From assembly GCA_963422395.1 (NCBI GenBank), contig OY729431.1, positions 1,472,001 through 1,536,000 on the forward strand: DNA of 64,000 nucleotides, given 5' to 3'. The position numbers and the translations under genes were made by a program. The notes below the pieces were generated by a model. The model made no database searches. It was given only the letters and a program-made list of their open reading frames with translations, and was not told the origin of the DNA. Below are positions 20,044-30,190 of the stretch, piece after piece. Numbering within the stretch: position 1 is the stretch's first letter; each line of letters opens with the position of its first letter. Source of the stretch: Vicinamibacteria bacterium (GTDB lineage Bacteria > Acidobacteriota > Vicinamibacteria > Marinacidobacterales > Marinacidobacteraceae).

Positions 20044-21356
20044 TGAAGCACCAGTTCGTTCCCTTCGACGCCATGCGGAAGCGAGCCGCGGAGGCTGTCG
20101 ACGCCCTGCCGCCTGCACCGGCGGGACTCTCGAAGATCTGGCTGGTTCGGAACCTCCACGGTCGGCTGAGGATCTGTGTCGGAAACGAGTGCGAGGCCGA
20201 TCGCGAGATCCGGGAATTCCTGCGTGATGCCGCGGTGCGCCTCCACGAGGTGCTCGGAGTTCGGAGCCATGAGCCGGAGCAGGGAGTGCTGTTCGTGGGA
20301 GACCAACTGCTCGACTCCCTCGAGCAGGGCGGCCAGCCGCTCCGGCCTGGATCGAGGTTCTATCTGGCCGACCGGCTGGTGGCCGGAACCGACTGGTGGA
20401 CGGTTGCACCATCGTCGGAAGTCCCCGGCCGTCCGCAACGGTTCACGCTCTACTCGGTGAAAGGCGGGGTCGGGCGCAGCACCACGGCCGCGATCCTCGC
20501 CTGGGACCTGGCTCGGCGGGGCCGGCGCGTTCTGGTCTTGGACCTGGATCTGGAATCCCCGGGTCTTTCGCCGGTGATGCTGGAACGCGAGCGACGCCCT
20601 GAATTCGGCGTCACCGACTGGTTCGTCGAAGACCTGGTCGGTCAGGGAGATCGGGTCCTCGAGCGCATGGCCGCCGCGCCCGCCTGGGCTCGCGACTTCG
20701 AGGGCGCGGTGCACATCGTGCCGGCCCACGGCAGGAATCCGGGCGAATATCTGGCGAAACTGGGGCGCGTCTATCTGGGCTTCGGCCAGGAGGAGTGGAC
20801 CGCCCGCCTGAAGCGGCTCCTCCAGACCCTCGAAAAGCGGCACGACCCCGAGGTGGTGCTCATCGAGAGCCGAAGCGGGCTCCACGACATCGCGGCGGCG
20901 ACGGTGACCGACCTCGGCGCCGAGGTGCTGCTCTTCGGCACCGATTCGGAGAGTGCCTGGGACGGCTACCGCATCCTCTTCCGCCACTGGCAGGAGCTCG
21001 GACTCGCCCGAGACATCCGGGAGCGGCTCTGGACGGTGTCGGCGCTCACCCCCGAATTCAACACCGGCTCCTATCTGGCCCGCTTCCGGCTGCGCGCCTG
21101 GGAACTGTTCCAGGAGTACCTCTACGACGAATTGGCAGCCGGTGAAGGTGCGGAAAGCAACGCTTTCTCCTTCGGCGAGACCGACGACGACGCCCCGCAC
21201 CACCCCCTGCCCATCCACTGGAATCGGGGGCTCGCGGCCGGGGCATCGCTGCTCGACATCGCGGGGTTGCCCACCGGATCGGCCTACGGGGCGTTTCTCG
21301 AGCGCTTCCACGCCCGCTTTCCACCCCGCCCCAGCGCCGCCGGGAAACTGCGGTGA
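20040..21356 (+). CDS. ParA/MinD-family ATPase, KGGVGR variant, with N-terminal extension
   Basis: YSVKGGVGRST deviant Walker A, DLDLESPGL, VLIESRSG; ATGA overlap. Confidence 0.85.
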   Translation: MMKHQFVPFDAMRKRAAEAVDALPPAPAGLSKIWLVRNLHGRLRICVGNECEADREIREFLRDAAVRLHEVLGVRSHEPEQGVLFVGDQLLDSLEQGGQPLRPGSRFYLADRLVAGTDWWTVAPSSEVPGRPQRFTLYSVKGGVGRSTTAAILAWDLARRGRRVLVLDLDLESPGLSPVMLERERRPEFGVTDWFVEDLVGQGDRVLERMAAAPAWARDFEGAVHIVPAHGRNPGEYLAKLGRVYLGFGQEEWTARLKRLLQTLEKRHDPEVVLIESRSGLHDIAAATVTDLGAEVLLFGTDSESAWDGYRILFRHWQELGLARDIRERLWTVSALTPEFNTGSYLARFRLRAWELFQEYLYDELAAGEGAESNAFSFGETDDDAPHHPLPIHWNRGLAAGASLLDIAGLPTGSAYGAFLERFHARFPPRPSAAGKLR

Positions 21357-22819
21357 GCACGATAAAGGCTGCCGAGGCGAGGGAGGCGCTGCGGCAGCTG
21401 CCGGAGGGGACGAGCCACGGCGATACGCCAAAGCTGGAGGAGGTGTACCTGCCGCGCTCCCACCTCCGGGCGATGGACCCCGACGCACTGGTCGTCACCG
21501 GCATGCGCGGCGCCGGCAAGACCTTCTGGTGGGGTGCGCTCCAGGACAAAGCGGTGCGGGCGATGCTCGGCAAAGTGCCCGGATTCCGCACGGTGGACGC
21601 CTCGACCGAAGTGCGAACTGGCTTCGGCGTTCGACCGGATTCCGGGAAATACCCGGGGAAGGACACGATTCGGCAACTGCTGGATGAAGGACACGAAGCG
21701 CGGATCATCTGGCGCACGGTGGCCGCCTGGCAGTTCACCCGGCAGTTCCCCCGCGAGGATCACCCGCTCCGGCAGAAAACCTCGTGGGCGGAGCGGGTGG
21801 AGTGGGCGGCGCACCATCCGGAATCGACGGAAGCGCTGTTCGAAGAGAGCGACCGGGCCTCGGATCAGCGGAAAACGCACACCCTGCTGCTCTTCGACGG
21901 TTTGGACCGATCCGCCGACGATTGGAAGACGATGTATGTGGTCATCCGCGGTCTCTTGCAGACCGCGTTGGATCTGCGCTCCTATCGGCGGCTGCGCGTG
22001 AAGGTCTTCCTCCGGTCCGACCAGCTCGACGAGGGACGCATCGCCGATTTCCCCGATGCCTCGAAGGTCCTCGCTTCCAGCGTCGATCTGAGCTGGCCCC
22101 GGCGCGAGCTCTATGGACTCCTCTGGCATTCGCTGGCGAACGGAGACGCCGGTAAGTTATTTCGGGCCTTCCTCGGAGACGACAGGCGGGCTCGGGCTGC
22201 GGCGGTGCTTCCGACTCTCTTCAATGTGCCGCGGCGGTTCGTCGCGGACGAAGACCGCCAGCGGGAGAAGTTCCATGCTCTCACCGGCCCCTGGATGGGA
22301 AGCGGCCCGCGCCGGGGCTTCCCCTACACCTGGATCCCGAACCATCTGGCAGACACCGCCGGACGGGTGAGCCCGCGCTCTTTCCTCGCCGCCCTCCGCG
22401 CGGCTGCCGAAGACACCGCCGAGCGCCATCCGGATTGGGATCACGCTCTCCACTACGAGAGCATCAAGCGCGGCGTGCAGGAAGCTTCCAGGATCCGGGT
22501 GGACGAGCTGCGGGAGGACTATCCCTGGGTCCACCGCCTCCTCAATGCCCTGAAAGGAATGGTCGTTCCCCTCTCCTTCGCCGAGATCGAGGAGCGTTGG
22601 CGGGAGCGGGGAGTGATCGAGGACCTCGATGGTTGGACGGGAGGGCAAGAAGTGAAAGTGAAGCTGCCGCCTGGCCGCCCCGGGCCCGAGGGGGCCCGCG
22701 AGGGCCTCGAGACCCTCGGGGTCTTCCAGCGCCTCTACGACGGTCGGGTGAACATCCCCGATGTGTATCGGGTGGGCTATGGGCTCGGACGCCGGGGCGG
22801 GGTGAAGCCGGTCCGCTGA
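21353..22819 (+). CDS. P-loop NTPase of unknown function
   Basis: VTGMRGAGKT Walker A, LLLFDGLD Walker B, KVFLRSD; GTGA overlap. Confidence 0.82.
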   Translation: MSTIKAAEAREALRQLPEGTSHGDTPKLEEVYLPRSHLRAMDPDALVVTGMRGAGKTFWWGALQDKAVRAMLGKVPGFRTVDASTEVRTGFGVRPDSGKYPGKDTIRQLLDEGHEARIIWRTVAAWQFTRQFPREDHPLRQKTSWAERVEWAAHHPESTEALFEESDRASDQRKTHTLLLFDGLDRSADDWKTMYVVIRGLLQTALDLRSYRRLRVKVFLRSDQLDEGRIADFPDASKVLASSVDLSWPRRELYGLLWHSLANGDAGKLFRAFLGDDRRARAAAVLPTLFNVPRRFVADEDRQREKFHALTGPWMGSGPRRGFPYTWIPNHLADTAGRVSPRSFLAALRAAAEDTAERHPDWDHALHYESIKRGVQEASRIRVDELREDYPWVHRLLNALKGMVVPLSFAEIEERWRERGVIEDLDGWTGGQEVKVKLPPGRPGPEGAREGLETLGVFQRLYDGRVNIPDVYRVGYGLGRRGGVKPVR

Positions 22820-22950
22820 GGACACTCCGCTACCCGGGAACTGCACCGACCGCATCGCCCCGCCGGTCTCCCGCCGGCCGCGGCGGAGACGCCGCGCCTT
22901 CTCCACCCGCCTTCGTGCTCCCTTTGCGTCTTCGTGCTTCCACACCTTCG

Positions 22951-22969
22951 TACCATTGCCGTTCGGAGG
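22951..22969 (+). promoter_or_regulatory. putative -10 box (TACCAT) and RBS (GGAGG) of amidohydrolase gene
   Basis: TACCAT 22951-22956; GGAGG 22965-22969; ATG 22979. Confidence 0.4.
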
Positions 22970-22978
22970 GTTCTCCCC

Positions 22979-24322
22979 ATGATGCAAAAAGCGCAAGACA
23001 TCCTGCCGTTCGCGGTCACTGCCGCGCTGTCGCTCTTCGCCGCCCCGGAAAACGGGGCGGCGCAGCCGACGGTCCCCCACCTGCCGGGAGAGGACGGCAT
23101 CCTGCCGCAGCCCTGGGCGGCGCTCGTGAACACCCAGGTCGTCGATGTGGAAGACGGCTCGATCATCGAGAACGCGGTGGTGGTGGTCCGGGACGGGCTG
23201 ATCGAGTCCGTGGGAACCGACCCGCCGCCCGAAGGGGCGCACCTCCTCGATCTCGGCGGCCGATACCTCATCCCCGGCCTCTTCGACGCCCACTGGCACG
23301 GGCGCACCCTCGACGGCCTCTACCGCGCCCTCGAATCCGGGGTCACCACGATGAAGAGCGCCGCGGTGGGCAGCTTTCTCGATGTACAGATGAACGACAT
23401 GGTGGAACGGGGCTACCTCGCCGGGCCCGAGATCTTCGCCGCCGGCGTCTATGTGCTGCCCCAGCTCGGGCAGTCGGCACTCGCCGACCCGCGTCTCTAC
23501 CGGTACCTCCATCGGGAGGTCCGGGGGGCGGCGGCAGTGCGCGAAGTGGTGCGGGTGGATGTGGACCGGGGCGCGCGTTGGATCAAGACCCGTTCCGGGG
23601 GCACCACTTCGGGGCCGAACGGACCGGACCCCAAGATGATGGTGTACAGCGTGGACGAGCTCACCGCCATCGTGGAGGAAGCCGACGCGCTGGGAGTCAG
23701 GGTCTCCTGCCACGCCCACGGGAAGGAAGTCGTTCGCAACGCCATCGTCGCGGGTTGCGCCACGATCGAGCACGGCTCCTATGTGGACGAAGAAGGCCTG
23801 CGGCTGATGGCGGAACGCGGGACGGCGTGGGTGCCGACCTATACCTCGGTCGTCGGCTTTCTGCTGCCGCACGACGACTACGACTCCTCGGCGAGTTTCC
23901 AGCGGGGCAGCCACCTGCTCCACTACCTGGAAAAGGGCTTTCGGCGGGCGCTGGAACTCGGGGTCACCGTCATCACCGCCACCGATACCCAGTACGGCCC
24001 GCGCAGCAACAACCGCATCTACCGGGAGATGACTCACTTCGTCGAGCTGGGGATGACCCCGCTCCAGGCGCTGCAGTCGGCGACGACCCGCTCCGCCGAG
24101 GTGTACGGGATCCGCCACCGCACCGGCGCCATCGAACCGGGTCTCGAAGCCGATCTGGTGTCGGTGGACGGCAACCCGATCGAGGACATCTACGCCACCC
24201 ACGAACCCATGTTCGTGATGAGCAACGGCCGCATCGTCTTCCACCGAACGGTGGATCCCGACCACTACATCCCCCGTCGGATGGGGGTTTCGGGGTTCGG
24301 AACCGGCGGTCCCCGCCCCTGA
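22979..24322 (+). CDS. secreted amidohydrolase family protein (Xaa-Pro dipeptidase-like)
   Basis: PGLFDAHWH, WIK, CHAHG, IEHG, TD, GAIEPGLEADLV; signal peptide. Confidence 0.88.
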   Translation: MMQKAQDILPFAVTAALSLFAAPENGAAQPTVPHLPGEDGILPQPWAALVNTQVVDVEDGSIIENAVVVVRDGLIESVGTDPPPEGAHLLDLGGRYLIPGLFDAHWHGRTLDGLYRALESGVTTMKSAAVGSFLDVQMNDMVERGYLAGPEIFAAGVYVLPQLGQSALADPRLYRYLHREVRGAAAVREVVRVDVDRGARWIKTRSGGTTSGPNGPDPKMMVYSVDELTAIVEEADALGVRVSCHAHGKEVVRNAIVAGCATIEHGSYVDEEGLRLMAERGTAWVPTYTSVVGFLLPHDDYDSSASFQRGSHLLHYLEKGFRRALELGVTVITATDTQYGPRSNNRIYREMTHFVELGMTPLQALQSATTRSAEVYGIRHRTGAIEPGLEADLVSVDGNPIEDIYATHEPMFVMSNGRIVFHRTVDPDHYIPRRMGVSGFGTGGPRP

Positions 24323-24383
24323 CGGATTTCCCTTACGGATTCCCCTGACGGATCTCCCTCGGTGGATCTACGCTGACGGATCG
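24318..24383. repeat. degenerate ~13-bp tandem repeat, about 5 copies (CCTGACGGATyyC)
   Basis: CCTGACGGATTTC / CCTTACGGATTCC / CCTGACGGATCTC / CCTCGGTGGATCTA / CGCTGACGGATCG. Confidence 0.7.
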
Positions 24384-24432
24384 CCGTGGAGCGAATCGCC
24401 GGGCCGGGCCGGCCGCTTCCAGGCGGCAGCGG

Positions 24433-26970
24433 TCAGAAGCGGAAGCGGATTCCCACCGTCGGGACCCGGGGAAAGCCGAAACTCGGCGTCTGCTCGACGG
24501 TGGGCAGACCCCCAGCGGGATCCGAAACCACTTCGGTCTCGATCTCGACCCCGTTTTCACGGTTCAGCGCGTTGATGACCTCCGCATAGGCCTCGAAACG
24601 CCCGCCGCGGCCGCCGTGGCGGTAGGTCAGGCGCAGATCGAGGCGGGCGTAGGAGGGGAGCCGTGCCCGGCCGCGGTTGTCGAGGCCGCCGAAGTCCGCT
24701 GCCCAGGCGAGGTTCCCCGCGCCGTCCCGCTCGGGAACCAGCCGGCCCCGGGCGTCTTCGATCGCTGCGGCCCGAATCCCGACCGCCGGCGTGTAGGGGA
24801 ATCCACTGGCGAACCTCGCGGTGCCGGCGAGGCTCAGCCGGGAACCGAGCCGCACCCGGCCGACGAGGTTCAGGGCATGGGGCCGGTCGTATTCGAAGGG
24901 GTAGCGGCGCCCCCAGGTTTGCCGCTCTGCCTTCCCGTAGGCGTAGGAGACCCAGCCCGCCAGCCGCGCTTCCGGATCGAGTCGTTCCAGGTAGATGTCG
25001 AGCCCGCGGGCGCTTCCGTCGCCGCCGTTCACCGGCGCCACCGTGACTTGCGGAGCCGACGGCACGCTTCCGGCCAGCTCCTCCGGAAAGTCGTAGCGGG
25101 CGACACGGGCGAGCCTTACCGCTTCGGTCTCGAGTTGGCCCACGAGCAACCCGTCGAACTGCTTCCAGTAGGCCTCGACCTGCAGCCGCGCCTCTCCGGG
25201 CAGGGACTTTTCGATTCCCAGCACCGCATGGTAGGCCCGTTCGTGCTCGAGCTCGCGGATATCGCTGAGGTCGAGAAGCGTGTCCGAAGCGGAGAGCTTC
25301 TCCCACCCGGGGCTTTGGGTGTACACCCCGCCGGCGGCCCGAGCCTGGAGCCCGCCGCCGAAGTCCCAGCTAGCCGCGAAGCGGGGTGACAGGGTGGCGC
25401 GGCGATTCAGCGTGCTCCATTCCAGCCGCAACCCGGGCTCGATGGTGAACCGTTCGGAGAGGCGAAAGCCGTCCTGGACCCAAGCACCGCCGCGAAAGCC
25501 GGTAAGCGAGGAGTCGAGGGCATCGGGCAGCGCGGTGCCTCCCCGGACACTCGTCGGATCGGCCAGCGATTCGTTGCGGATGCCGCGGATCGTCTGCTGG
25601 AGGCCCGAGTCGAGGCGGTGCAGCTCGAAACCGGTCTCGACGAAGTGGGTCTCGCCGAAACGGATGCCGAGTTCCTGTCGGAGCGAGAGGTCGCGGACTT
25701 CACGGGTCTGGTCGAACACGATCGGCACCAACAGGTCGCGCTCGTCCGGTTCCTCGACGTTCACCGCGCGGTTGCCAGTGCGGACCAGGGCGTCGAAGTC
25801 CACCACCTCCACATTGCGGTACCAGGCGACGATGGTGGTCGAGGTCAGCCGATCCGAGATCAGCGCGTCGAAGCGGGCGGCGCCGAGATCGTTCTCGGCG
25901 TCGGCCAGCACCTCCACCCGCTCGTCTTCATCCTCCTCGTCGAAGGAGAATTCGGTGTCCTCCCGGCTGCGGATGCCGGTGAGGGTGAGGCGGTGGCCAG
26001 GTCCCAACTCCCAGTCGGCCCGCAGTTGGAAATCCGCGAAGGAGGGAAAGTCCTGATCGAGGATTCGTCCGGCGACCAGGTCGTAGTAGGTGCGCCGGCC
26101 GGTGGCGAGAAACGAGCCGGCGCCCGGCAGCGGCCCTTCCACGACCAGGTTCGCGTCGGTGACGCTGAGCGACGAAGTCCCTCCGAAGTCCCGCTCGCCG
26201 GACCGGTTCCTCACCATCAGCAGCGAGGAGAGCCGGTCTCCGTACTTGGCGCCGAACCCGCCGGCGGCCAGCGAAAAATTCGAGACCGTCTCCGGGTTGA
26301 ACGCGCTCACCAGACCGAACAGCCGGTAGGGGTTGTGGATCTCGACCCCGTCCATCAGCGTCAGGTTCTGGTCCGGGGTCCCGCCGCGCACCGAGAGGAA
26401 GCTGCCGAAGTCCGAAGTGGGAGCGACCCCCGGCAGGGTGGTGAGTGCTCGGAAGATGTTGTCCACCGAGCCCGCGGTTTCGAGCACTTCGGTCGGGGCC
26501 ACCACGGTGGCGGCCGCCCGGTCCGCCACGGGATTCCGCGCCGTCACTTCGACCTCTTCCTCGAAGGTTCGGGGCGCGAGCTCCACAGTGATCTCGGCGG
26601 CAGCAGCAGGCAATAGGATGGAAGCCTCGAAATATCCCTCGGCCGCGAAGGAAAGCGAACGGGCTCCCGCCGGGACTTCGATGCGGAAAGACCCGTCCGC
26701 TGCGCTTTCGACGGCGGCTTCCCCGGCGCGGATCTCCACTCCGGGAAGCGGCTCGCCGGACACTGCGGAAAGTACCCGGCCGGTGATCTCCTGGATCGTC
26801 TCGCGGTCCGTCTCCTGAGCCATCTCGCGGTCCGCCGGGGCGGCGGGTCCGGTCTGGGATCCCTGCTGGAATTCCATCGGAAACCCCATTTGCTCGGCGG
26901 CGGAGACGACGCCGGAAAAAAGCAGCGTCCCGAGGGCGGCGGCAGCAGCGGGAAGGAATCTTCGGCTCAT
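24433..26970 (-). CDS. TonB-dependent receptor with N-terminal carboxypeptidase-regulatory-like domain
   Basis: Signal peptide; plug LPGV..VRGG..QNL..MDG; GGFGAKYGDRLSS; C-terminal GIRFRF. Confidence 0.92.
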   Translation of the reverse strand: MSRRFLPAAAAALGTLLFSGVVSAAEQMGFPMEFQQGSQTGPAAPADREMAQETDRETIQEITGRVLSAVSGEPLPGVEIRAGEAAVESAADGSFRIEVPAGARSLSFAAEGYFEASILLPAAAAEITVELAPRTFEEEVEVTARNPVADRAAATVVAPTEVLETAGSVDNIFRALTTLPGVAPTSDFGSFLSVRGGTPDQNLTLMDGVEIHNPYRLFGLVSAFNPETVSNFSLAAGGFGAKYGDRLSSLLMVRNRSGERDFGGTSSLSVTDANLVVEGPLPGAGSFLATGRRTYYDLVAGRILDQDFPSFADFQLRADWELGPGHRLTLTGIRSREDTEFSFDEEDEDERVEVLADAENDLGAARFDALISDRLTSTTIVAWYRNVEVVDFDALVRTGNRAVNVEEPDERDLLVPIVFDQTREVRDLSLRQELGIRFGETHFVETGFELHRLDSGLQQTIRGIRNESLADPTSVRGGTALPDALDSSLTGFRGGAWVQDGFRLSERFTIEPGLRLEWSTLNRRATLSPRFAASWDFGGGLQARAAGGVYTQSPGWEKLSASDTLLDLSDIRELEHERAYHAVLGIEKSLPGEARLQVEAYWKQFDGLLVGQLETEAVRLARVARYDFPEELAGSVPSAPQVTVAPVNGGDGSARGLDIYLERLDPEARLAGWVSYAYGKAERQTWGRRYPFEYDRPHALNLVGRVRLGSRLSLAGTARFASGFPYTPAVGIRAAAIEDARGRLVPERDGAGNLAWAADFGGLDNRGRARLPSYARLDLRLTYRHGGRGGRFEAYAEVINALNRENGVEIETEVVSDPAGGLPTVEQTPSFGFPRVPTVGIRFRF

Positions 26971-26983
26971 GCAGGCCGGAAGG

Positions 26984-27901
26984 CTAGTCCGCGCGAACCG
27001 AGAGCCGAGGCGCGGAAGAGGCGGACGGGCGGCGCCGTGCTTCGTTTCCCTGCAAGAGCGCGACCGAGAGCACGATCAGCGCGAGAGCCAGCCAGACTCG
27101 CGGCGATAGGGGCTCGCCGAGGATCAGCCAGCCGAGGAAGACCGCGATCAGCGGGTTCACGAACGCGTAGCTGGCGGCGAGTGCCGGTTCCACATGGGCC
27201 AGCAACCAGGTGTAGGCGAGGAACGCGACGATGGAACCGAAGACGACGAGGTAGAGCACTGCGGCCACCGCCGACAGCCGCACCGCGGAGAGCGAGAACT
27301 CCTGCCAGTCGCCCGCCGCGGTGGCCACCAGCAGGAGCGCCGTGCCGCCCGCCAGCATCTGCGCTCCCGCCGAGAGCGGCAGACAGCGGGGCATCGCTTC
27401 CCGGCGCGACCAGAGACTCGCGGTCGCCCAGGCGACCGGGGCGGCGAGCATCGCGAGGACTCCCGCCGGGTCGAGCACGGCGTCGGCGCGCCACGGCTGG
27501 GCGAGCACGAGCACTCCGGAAAACCCGATGACGATGCAGAGCACCGTCACTCGCCGCGGAACCCGTCGGACCACGAAGGCTGCCTCGAGGCCCGGAATCC
27601 AGAACGCCGCCGTGGCAGCCAGCACCGCCGCTACTCCCGAGGGAATGCGCACCTGTGCCCAATGGCCGAGCCCGTGAGCGCAGGTGAAGAACAGCCCGCC
27701 GGCGAATCCCGCCTCCATCCATTCGCGCCGGGTGAGCGGCGCCCGCCCGCGGCGGGCGAAGCAGAAGAGAAGTGTGCCGGCGATCAGGAAGCGAACGCCC
27801 GCCATCAGGAACGGGGGCAGGTCGCGCACCCCGACGCCGATCGCCAGGTAGGTGGACCCCCAGATCAGATAGACGGCGGCGAACGCCAGCAGCGTGCGCA
27901 T
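26984..27901 (-). CDS. EamA/DMT family transporter
   Basis: VYLIWGSTY, RFLIAG, GSIVAFLAY.WLL, YAFVNP; about 10 TM helices. Confidence 0.92.
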   Translation of the reverse strand: MRTLLAFAAVYLIWGSTYLAIGVGVRDLPPFLMAGVRFLIAGTLLFCFARRGRAPLTRREWMEAGFAGGLFFTCAHGLGHWAQVRIPSGVAAVLAATAAFWIPGLEAAFVVRRVPRRVTVLCIVIGFSGVLVLAQPWRADAVLDPAGVLAMLAAPVAWATASLWSRREAMPRCLPLSAGAQMLAGGTALLLVATAAGDWQEFSLSAVRLSAVAAVLYLVVFGSIVAFLAYTWLLAHVEPALAASYAFVNPLIAVFLGWLILGEPLSPRVWLALALIVLSVALLQGNEARRRPSASSAPRLSVRAD

Positions 27902-27985
27902 CGCGCCGGGGGAAAGCGCGATGGCTCGGTAAACCGGGAGCGGTTCCGTACCGGGGGCGGTGGAGCCGAGAGCGGATGGGCGGGT

Positions 27986-30190
27986 TCAGCGGAGCGAGGC
28001 GACGATGCGCTCCGCCTCCCGGACCTGGTTCGTGAGCTCGCCGAGCGCTTCGCTGACCACCCGCACATAGAAACGGGCTGCCTCCCACTCCTCTTCCTCG
28101 ATGCCCTCGCGGACGCCGGGGATGGTCTTGACCCCGTACCCGGTGTAGAAGCCCGGCGCATAGACCTGGTGGCGGAACCACTCGCGGTTCGGCAGCCCCT
28201 CGTCGTAGCCGAGGCGGCGTTCCGAGGTGTAGAGCAGTTGGTTCAGTTCCGACGCCCGAGACTCCGAAAGCACCGCATCCGCCGAAGTGCCGCCGAGCGC
28301 CCGGAGCGCCTGCTCATACCCCTGCCCGGCTTCGTCGAGGGCGGCGAGCGCCTGGTCGAGCGATTCGAAATCGATCGCTTCGGGCGAGTCCATCGCTCGG
28401 TGGGTCTCGCGGATCTCCTCCACATAGTCGCGCATCGCGGCCGTGAGGTCGGTGAACCCGAAGGGGAGGATCGCGGCGTTAGCGAGACGGAGGAGCGCGG
28501 TGCCGATGAGCTGCGAGAGCGCCCGGCCGAACACGAATTCGCTGTCGGAGAACTGCTGGTACCAATGGAACGAGTCATAGTTCGAGTGGTACACGCCGCC
28601 CGGACTGCCGCCCCCGAAGCCGAGGTTCAGCGAAGCCATCGTGAGGTGGTCGATGAACACGGTGTAATCCGATCCGGATCCCAGCGCGGCCAGCCGCAGA
28701 TCGTCGCTCTGTTCGATCTGCCGGCGGGCTTCCGGGTTCGCCGCGGTTTCGAGACGCCGGGCGCGCGCCGCCTCGAAGACGCTCACCCCCCGTTCCGGAT
28801 CTTCGATGTCGCGCGCCACTTCGTTCAGGAAGCGCTGCAGGGTATGGCTGCCCGCCATTCCCAGCCAGCCCTTTCCGGTGCTGTCGGAGTTGATGTAGGC
28901 GACGCCCTTCTCTCCGAGGTCGCCGCGGTGGGTTTCCGCCCACTCGGTCGAGCCGAGCAGGCCCCACTCCTCGGCGTCCCAGAGGGCGAAGATCACCGTG
29001 CGCTTCGGCCGGATCCCCGCCTGCAGCAGCTCGCCGAACCCGCGCGCGGTCTCCATGAGCTGGACCGCGCCGCTGATCGGATCGGTGGCCCCCGCGCACC
29101 AGCCGTCATGGTGGTTTCCGTGGATGATCCACTCGTCGGGCCAAGTGGAGCCCTCGATGCGGGCGATCACATTGTAGATGGGGCGGACCTGCCAGTCGAA
29201 GGCGGTGCGCAGGCGGACCTCGGTCGGTCCCGGTCCGAGGTAGTAGGTGATGGGAAGCGCCCCTTTCCAGTCGTCGTTCGGTGCCGGCGTGCCGCGGAGC
29301 TGCTCGAGGATGGGGAGGGCGTCTCCCCAGGAGATGGGGAGTACCGGGATTCGCACCAGCGTGCGCGCGGTCTCCCGCGTCAGCTTCTCCCGATCCTCGG
29401 TCGCCCCGAAGCCGGGAGTCAGGGGGTCGCCGGGGTGGATCGGCATATCCAGGATCGAGCCGCGCTGCACCCCCCACTCGGGCCGGTAGGGGCCTTCGGG
29501 GTAGGTGGGTCCCTGGTAGTAGCCGTCCTCTTCCGGGTCCGAATAGATCAGCGCCCCGATGGCGCCGTTCTCCTGGGCGAGCTTGGCCTTGATCCCCCGC
29601 CAGCTCCGGCCGTAGCGAGCGAGGACGATCTTCCCTTCGACCGAGATGCCCAGTTCGGCCAGCTTTTCGTAATCCTCGGGGATGCCGTAGTTCACATAGA
29701 CGACCTGACCGGTGACATCCCCGTCGGCGGCGTAGGCGTTGTAGGTCGGCAGGCGGCCCGCGTCGGAGGAATCTTCGTCTTCCGGAACCCCGGGCTCGGC
29801 GAGCCGCAGCGTATAGGGCTCCGGGCCGAGCACCTCCACATGCCGGTCCAGCGGGAGCGGCATGAGAGCCTCGGTCACCTCGATCGCGGCGTCGAGGCCG
29901 AAGGATCGGAACTTTTCGAGGGCGTATTCGGCCACCCGCCGGCTGCCGTGGCCCAGACCGGCGACATGCGGCTCTGCGGTCATGAAGGCCATGTACTCTC
30001 GGAGCCGTGCCGGGTCGGGCACCGCCCGAAAGCGCTCCTCGATCCCGCGCTGCGCCTCCCACTGACCGGCGAGGAAGCCCCGGGCCGGTTCCCTTTCGGG
30101 CTGGGCGGCAGCCGCCGACGCGAGGGCGAGGGCAGCGGCGGAGAAGAGGAAAACGGGGCGAAGAGCGGGGACGCAGGAGTTTCGGAGCAT
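27986..30190 (-). CDS. M28 peptidase (glutamate carboxypeptidase II-like; PA and TfR-dimer domains)
   Basis: YVNYG, VQRGS, GNHHDGW, DP.SG, WDAEEWG, GSGSDY, YHS.YD. Confidence 0.92.
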   Translation of the reverse strand: MLRNSCVPALRPVFLFSAAALALASAAAAQPEREPARGFLAGQWEAQRGIEERFRAVPDPARLREYMAFMTAEPHVAGLGHGSRRVAEYALEKFRSFGLDAAIEVTEALMPLPLDRHVEVLGPEPYTLRLAEPGVPEDEDSSDAGRLPTYNAYAADGDVTGQVVYVNYGIPEDYEKLAELGISVEGKIVLARYGRSWRGIKAKLAQENGAIGALIYSDPEEDGYYQGPTYPEGPYRPEWGVQRGSILDMPIHPGDPLTPGFGATEDREKLTRETARTLVRIPVLPISWGDALPILEQLRGTPAPNDDWKGALPITYYLGPGPTEVRLRTAFDWQVRPIYNVIARIEGSTWPDEWIIHGNHHDGWCAGATDPISGAVQLMETARGFGELLQAGIRPKRTVIFALWDAEEWGLLGSTEWAETHRGDLGEKGVAYINSDSTGKGWLGMAGSHTLQRFLNEVARDIEDPERGVSVFEAARARRLETAANPEARRQIEQSDDLRLAALGSGSDYTVFIDHLTMASLNLGFGGGSPGGVYHSNYDSFHWYQQFSDSEFVFGRALSQLIGTALLRLANAAILPFGFTDLTAAMRDYVEEIRETHRAMDSPEAIDFESLDQALAALDEAGQGYEQALRALGGTSADAVLSESRASELNQLLYTSERRLGYDEGLPNREWFRHQVYAPGFYTGYGVKTIPGVREGIEEEEWEAARFYVRVVSEALGELTNQVREAERIVASLR

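Noticed and set aside
20040-21356. Chromosome or plasmid partition locus (parA)
   Set aside because: No parB/parS or rep gene; variant Walker A and extra domains
24318-24383. Possible CRISPR or mini-array
   Set aside because: Units are about 13 bp, contiguous, without spacers; no cas genes
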